DNA of 64,000 bases, from the NCBI GenBank assembly GCA_963812015.1, contig CAWETI010000003.1, forward strand, positions 480,001 to 544,000, written 5' to 3'. Position numbers and translations under genes: made by a program. Source of the DNA: an uncultured delta proteobacterium (GTDB lineage Bacteria; Desulfobacterota; Desulfobaccia; Desulfobaccales; 0-14-0-80-60-11). Shown here piece after piece: positions 59,832 through 64,000 of this stretch. Below the pieces are notes generated by a model. The model had not been told where the DNA came from and did not search any database. It worked only from the letters and a program-made list of their open reading frames with translations. Numbering within the stretch: the first letter of the stretch is position 1; each line of letters begins with the position of its first letter.

Positions 59832-60242
59832 ATGGAGGAAACCACGGAAAATAAAAAACCCGAGAAAGTTGGTAATCGCCGGGTCCACATGGCTAATGAG
59901 AGGACATTCCTTGCCTGGATAAGGACAAGTATTGGCATAATGGCATTTGGTTTCGTGGTCGAGAAGTTTGCTTTGTTCATAAAAAAGTTGGATTTATTTT
60001 TTGCAAAACCGAATATTCAGGAAGCTGCTCCTGCTACATTCGGATATTCATCAATTTTTGGCATAGTCCTGGTGGCAATGGGCGCCTTGATGGGCGCGCT
60101 GGCATTTATTAGATTTAAAAAGGTCGAAAGAGAAATCGATGAAGATACGTACCAGACTTCGTTAATACTTGACATCCTGGTGGCAATGGGAATTCTGGCC
60201 ATCGGGATCTTTCTGATATTTTATATGATCCATAGTATTTAA
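59832..60242 (+). CDS. YidH/DUF202 membrane protein
   Basis: HMANERTFLAWIRTS. Confidence 0.88.
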   Translation: MEETTENKKPEKVGNRRVHMANERTFLAWIRTSIGIMAFGFVVEKFALFIKKLDLFFAKPNIQEAAPATFGYSSIFGIVLVAMGALMGALAFIRFKKVEREIDEDTYQTSLILDILVAMGILAIGIFLIFYMIHSI

Positions 60243-60262
60243 CCGCTTCGACCAAGTTAATT

Positions 60263-61201
60263 ATGCAACCGGCGATATCGGCACAGGGAATCGGCAAGGG
60301 TTTCCGCACGGGGGTCTGGGGCCCGGTCAAGCAGGTGCTGCGCCAGGTGGACCTGACGGTGGCCCCCGGGGCCATCTTTGGCGTGTTGGGGCCCAACGGC
60401 GCGGGCAAGACCACCCTCATTTCCATCCTGGCCACGCTGCTCCTGCCGGACACCGGCCAGGCGGAGGTTCTGGGCCTGGATGTGGTCCGGGAGGCGGCCC
60501 GCCTCAAGGAGCGCATCAACCTGGCGGCCAGCGGGGCCCATTTCCTCTGGTGCATGACGGTGGAGGACAGCCTCAGGTTCTATGGCCGCCTTTACGGCCT
60601 GGGAGGCCGGGCCTTGCATGCCAAGGTGGAAAAACTCCTGGACTTATTCGGGCTGGCGGAACACCGGCGGATCACCTTTGAACGCCTGTCCACCGGCATC
60701 AAGCAGCGTCTGAGTCTGGCCAAGGCCCTCATCAACGACCCGGAACTGCTCTTTCTGGACGAACCCACTTCGGGCCTGGATCAGGAGATGGCCCAGCATA
60801 TCCGGGAGGAGATCCTCAGGCTCAACCGGGAGATCGGGGTCACCATGCTCCTCACCACCCACAACTTGCGGGAAGCCGAGATGCTGTGCACCGAGGTGGC
60901 TTTCTTAAAAGAGGGGCAGTTGATCAGCGAAGGGCGCATCCCGGAGCTGCAAAAGCGTCTGGGATTGGGGGATCACCTGAGCCTGATCTTTCAGGACTCC
61001 CCGGCCCCGCTGGACTATGGCCGGCTGCCCGGGGTGCTGCACCACACGGTTCAGGACTGCCGGGTTGACCTGGTGCTGGACCGGATGGACGACCGGCTGC
61101 CGGTCATCCTGGAAGCCGTGTACGCCACGGAGAAGAAGCTGGCGAAGGTATTGGTCAAGCCCGTGGACCTGGAAGAAATCTACCGTGAAATTACCCACTA
61201 G
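60263..61201 (+). CDS. ABC transporter ATP-binding protein
   Basis: GPNGAGKTT, LSTG signature, LFLDEPT. Confidence 0.9.
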   Translation: MQPAISAQGIGKGFRTGVWGPVKQVLRQVDLTVAPGAIFGVLGPNGAGKTTLISILATLLLPDTGQAEVLGLDVVREAARLKERINLAASGAHFLWCMTVEDSLRFYGRLYGLGGRALHAKVEKLLDLFGLAEHRRITFERLSTGIKQRLSLAKALINDPELLFLDEPTSGLDQEMAQHIREEILRLNREIGVTMLLTTHNLREAEMLCTEVAFLKEGQLISEGRIPELQKRLGLGDHLSLIFQDSPAPLDYGRLPGVLHHTVQDCRVDLVLDRMDDRLPVILEAVYATEKKLAKVLVKPVDLEEIYREITH

Positions 61202-61979
61202 TTTTTCCAAGATCTGGGCGTTTAGCGTTCGGAGCACCCTGGTGAACCGGCGCAACGTCTTCGCGGTATTCGAGATGCTGTTCTGGCCCCTCATCGGGGT
61301 CTTTTCCGTGGGTCTGCTCACCCGGTTCCTGAACCTTTCGGGGGAAACGGTGTCCTTTATCCTCATCGGGGCCGTGACCATGAACACCGTCCAGATCGCC
61401 CAGCTGGACCTGTCTTACGCCCTCCTCTATTCCGTCTGGTCCAAGAGCCTGAAACATGAATTTATCGCGCCGGTGCGCCTGTTCCATATCCTCATCGGCT
61501 CGGGGCTGGTGGGCCTGGTCCGGGGTTTCCTGGTCTTTGTGCTCATGGGCTGGCTGAGCGTCTATCTGTTCGCCATGGATCTGGGGCGGCCGGGCCTGGC
61601 GGGCCTGATCTGGTTCCTCCTGGGGATGTTTTTGAACGCCGCCATCATCGGGGCCCTGGTCCTGGCTTTGGTGCTGCGCTTCGGCCAGCGGGCCGAAGTG
61701 GCGGCCTGGGCTTTTTCCTACCTGATGCTGCTGTTGTGCGGCCTCTATTACCCCGTCAGCGTGTTGCCCCGGGAGGCCCAGTTCCTGGCGCAACTCATTC
61801 CCCTGACGTATTTTCTCGATTATTTCCGGCACTTCTATGGCTTTCCGGCGGCATCCCCGCACCCCTTGCTTTACGGGTTCTCCCAAAGCGTGATATATCT
61901 TATCGTCAGTTACGGCCTGGTCTCCCTGAGCTTGCGGTCCGCTTACCGGCGGGGCATTTTACTGCGGTTGTCGGATTAA
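61185..61979 (+). CDS. ABC-2 type permease
   Basis: About six TMs, GLYYPVSVLP...IPLTY; GTG start overlapping the ATPase gene. Confidence 0.85.
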   Translation: MKLPTSFSKIWAFSVRSTLVNRRNVFAVFEMLFWPLIGVFSVGLLTRFLNLSGETVSFILIGAVTMNTVQIAQLDLSYALLYSVWSKSLKHEFIAPVRLFHILIGSGLVGLVRGFLVFVLMGWLSVYLFAMDLGRPGLAGLIWFLLGMFLNAAIIGALVLALVLRFGQRAEVAAWAFSYLMLLLCGLYYPVSVLPREAQFLAQLIPLTYFLDYFRHFYGFPAASPHPLLYGFSQSVIYLIVSYGLVSLSLRSAYRRGILLRLSD

Positions 61980-62051
61980 TGCCGCACCAGGGCGGGGGCG
62001 GGGCGGGTTTGAAACCCGGGCCTACAGCCTAGTATCGTGTCCCACAGATAC

Positions 62052-62193
62052 CTTGCAAAATGTTGGCTTCAATAACTCCCCCTCCCCTGGTGGGAGGGGG
62101 TTGGGGGAGGGGGATAAGTTGCAGCAAAACCCAGCAATTTCACCCCCACCCCAACCCTCCCCCATCAAGGGGGAGGGAGAAAAAACCTTCAAC
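62052..62193. repeat. MITE/REPIN-like element with terminal inverted repeats
   Basis: cttgcaaaatgttg...caacattttgtaag enclose two GC hairpins that are shared with 2530 and 14281. Confidence 0.7.
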
Positions 62194-62286
62194 ATTTTGT
62201 AAGATAATCCTGGGATGGTACACGAGCCCGGAGGCCCTGTCTTTTAACCGAAAACAGAAAACCGAAAACTGGAAGCGGTATTTGCT

Positions 62287-63087
62287 ATGATCGGCGTGTT
62301 TGATTCGGGATTCGGCGGGCTGGTGGTCTTGCGGGAGTTCTTGCAGGTCCTGCCGGCTTATGACTACCTGTACCTGGGGGATAACGCCCGGATACCCTAC
62401 GGCACCCGGTCCGACCGGGTGGTGAACCGGTTCACCGAGCAGGCGGTGGATTATCTTTTCCGCCAGGGCTGCCGCCTCATCGTCCTGGCCTGCCACACCG
62501 CCTCGGCCCGGGCCCTGCGGCGCATCCAGCAGGTCTTTCTGCCGGCCCGCTACCCCGAGCACCGGGTTCTGGGGGTGCTGATCCCCACGGTGGAAGAGGC
62601 CGTGGCCCGGACCAGCATGAAGCGCATCGGGGTCATTGCCACCGAAGGCACGGTGACCTCCCAGTCCTTCGAGTTGGAGCTGAAAAAACTGGACCCGGAA
62701 GTTTCGGTCGTCCAGCAAGCCTGTCCGCTCCTGGTGCCCATCATCGAGAGCGGGGAGCAGGACTGGGAAGGCACCACCCTGATCCTGCGCCGCTACCTGG
62801 CCCCCTTCGCCGGCCAGGTGGACACCCTGATCCTGGGCTGCACCCACTATTCCATCCTGAAGGACCAGATCAAGGCCATCCTGGGCCACGGCTGCGATCT
62901 GATCTGCTCCGGCCAGGTGACCGCGGCCAAGCTGGTGGATTATCTTTTGCGCCACTCCGAGATGGAGGCCCAGCTCAGCAGGGGCGGGACCCGCCGTTAC
63001 CTCACCACCGACCTGACGCCGCGCTTTGCCCAATTGGCCAGCCTGTTCATGGGCCAGGCGGTGGACTCGGAAGTGGTGGAGTTGTGA
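62287..63087 (+). CDS. murI: Glutamate racemase
   Basis: IGVFDSGFGGL, PYG, LACHTAS, LGCTHY. Confidence 0.95.
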   Translation: MIGVFDSGFGGLVVLREFLQVLPAYDYLYLGDNARIPYGTRSDRVVNRFTEQAVDYLFRQGCRLIVLACHTASARALRRIQQVFLPARYPEHRVLGVLIPTVEEAVARTSMKRIGVIATEGTVTSQSFELELKKLDPEVSVVQQACPLLVPIIESGEQDWEGTTLILRRYLAPFAGQVDTLILGCTHYSILKDQIKAILGHGCDLICSGQVTAAKLVDYLLRHSEMEAQLSRGGTRRYLTTDLTPRFAQLASLFMGQAVDSEVVEL

Positions 63088-63165
63088 AAAGCAGGGGTTA
63101 GGGGTCAGGGACCAGGGGTCAGGTGAGTAAAGGGGCCCCGGCGCACATCTTATGCTTCCGGCCGA

Positions 63166-64000
63166 TTATCCGGCGTAAATCCCTAAAGCAAACCACTTGG
63201 GGTCCGCCAGGACCACCGAGGTTTCCACCTGGCGGGGGGAGATAGTCCAGTAGGTCTGGAGCAGACGATCTTTTTCTTCCTGGGTGACCAGCCGGAAGCC
63301 GTGTTTTTCGTAGAAGCGGATGGCCCACCAGGCCGCGGCCCAGGTCCCCACCAGGACGGGGCCCGGGACCTGTTCCAGGATATCGCTTAACAGGCGCGCG
63401 CCGACGCCCCGGCGTTGGGCCTCAGGGTCCACGTAGGCATGGCGTATGAGGGTCACCCGCACCAGGTTCTGACGCCCCATCACCCCCAGGAGCCGGCCCT
63501 CGTCCTCGTAGCCCGAAAAGTTGACCCCCGCGGCGATCTCGGCCCGCAACTCCTCTTCGGGCATATAAGGCTCGTGCCAGCAATCCGACGGAATCACTTC
63601 TTTATAGGCCAGGGCGGCCTGATTGATGATCGCCAGGGCGCGATCAATTTCCTCGTGTTTGAGTGGCCGAATCCGGGGATAGGCCACCTGCTCCGGTTCA
63701 GGCGCCGGGGGCTCCTCGGCCTGGGGAACCGGCTCCGGCGGCTGGGGCGGCGGCGGGTAATGATCTTCCTTGAGACGGTGGCCGCATTTGGGGCAGAAGG
63801 CAAAATTCAGGGTCACGGGTTGCTGGCAGTGGGGGCAGGGGGCACCCGGGGCCGGCGGCAGGGTCGACTCCGGGGGGGGCTGGAAAGAGTCTTGATACTG
63901 CCGGGTCACCTCCGAGGTGGCCTGGCGCATCTTGGCCACGAACCTTCCCAAGGTCGCGGCGTATTCCGGCAGCTTTTCAGGGCCGAAGAGGATAAACGCC
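63166..64000 (-). CDS. TatA/B-like N-terminus fused to double zinc ribbon and GNAT acetyltransferase (5' partial)
   Basis: Frame is open to the window end: AFILFGPEKLPEYAATLGRFVAKMR; CPHC...FCPKCG; AYVDPEAQRRGVG...AIRFYEKHGF. Confidence 0.75.
   Translation of the reverse strand, partial: AFILFGPEKLPEYAATLGRFVAKMRQATSEVTRQYQDSFQPPPESTLPPAPGAPCPHCQQPVTLNFAFCPKCGHRLKEDHYPPPPQPPEPVPQAEEPPAPEPEQVAYPRIRPLKHEEIDRALAIINQAALAYKEVIPSDCWHEPYMPEEELRAEIAAGVNFSGYEDEGRLLGVMGRQNLVRVTLIRHAYVDPEAQRRGVGARLLSDILEQVPGPVLVGTWAAAWWAIRFYEKHGFRLVTQEEKDRLLQTYWTISPRQVETSVVLADPKWFALGIYAG

Noticed and set aside
1..64000. CRISPR array, tRNA or rRNA genes
   Set aside because: No regularly spaced repeat-spacer pattern or recognisable structural RNA gene; the repeats present are REP-like hairpins.

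Overview
This GC-rich window most likely comes from a sulfate-reducer-type deltaproteobacterium (Desulfobacterota). That is inferred from a canonical dsrC, a CooS-type CO dehydrogenase, and AddAB rather than RecBCD. Bases 1-22.5 kb are a co-directional virion morphogenesis cluster, truncated on the left: terminase, Mu-like portal, protease I, major capsid gpT, gp36/gp37, a non-contractile tail with a very short (254 aa) tape measure, large tail-tip proteins and holin-like genes. Its spacers carry the same REP-like repeats as the host genes, which suggests long residence, as either a GTA-like domesticated element or a decaying prophage. Two possible lesions (a G7 frameshift and an early TAG) argue for decay. 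An AT-rich three-gene operon follows. Core genes are cvpA, mazG, two histidine kinases plus an NtrX-like regulator, a B12 radical SAM protein, dsrC, a GlcD-like oxidase, radC, cooS, an FGE-sulfatase-domain protein, addAB, ftsH, ruvB, an ABC-2 pair, murI and a TatA/B-zinc ribbon-GNAT fusion. A lower-GC island at about 41.9-49.1 kb encodes a MORN-Ser/Thr kinase-TPR protein, a WD40 protein and hypotheticals. Remnants of a group II intron 3' end and of a RAYT transposase between inverted REPs are also visible. All family assignments come from motif recognition, not database searches.
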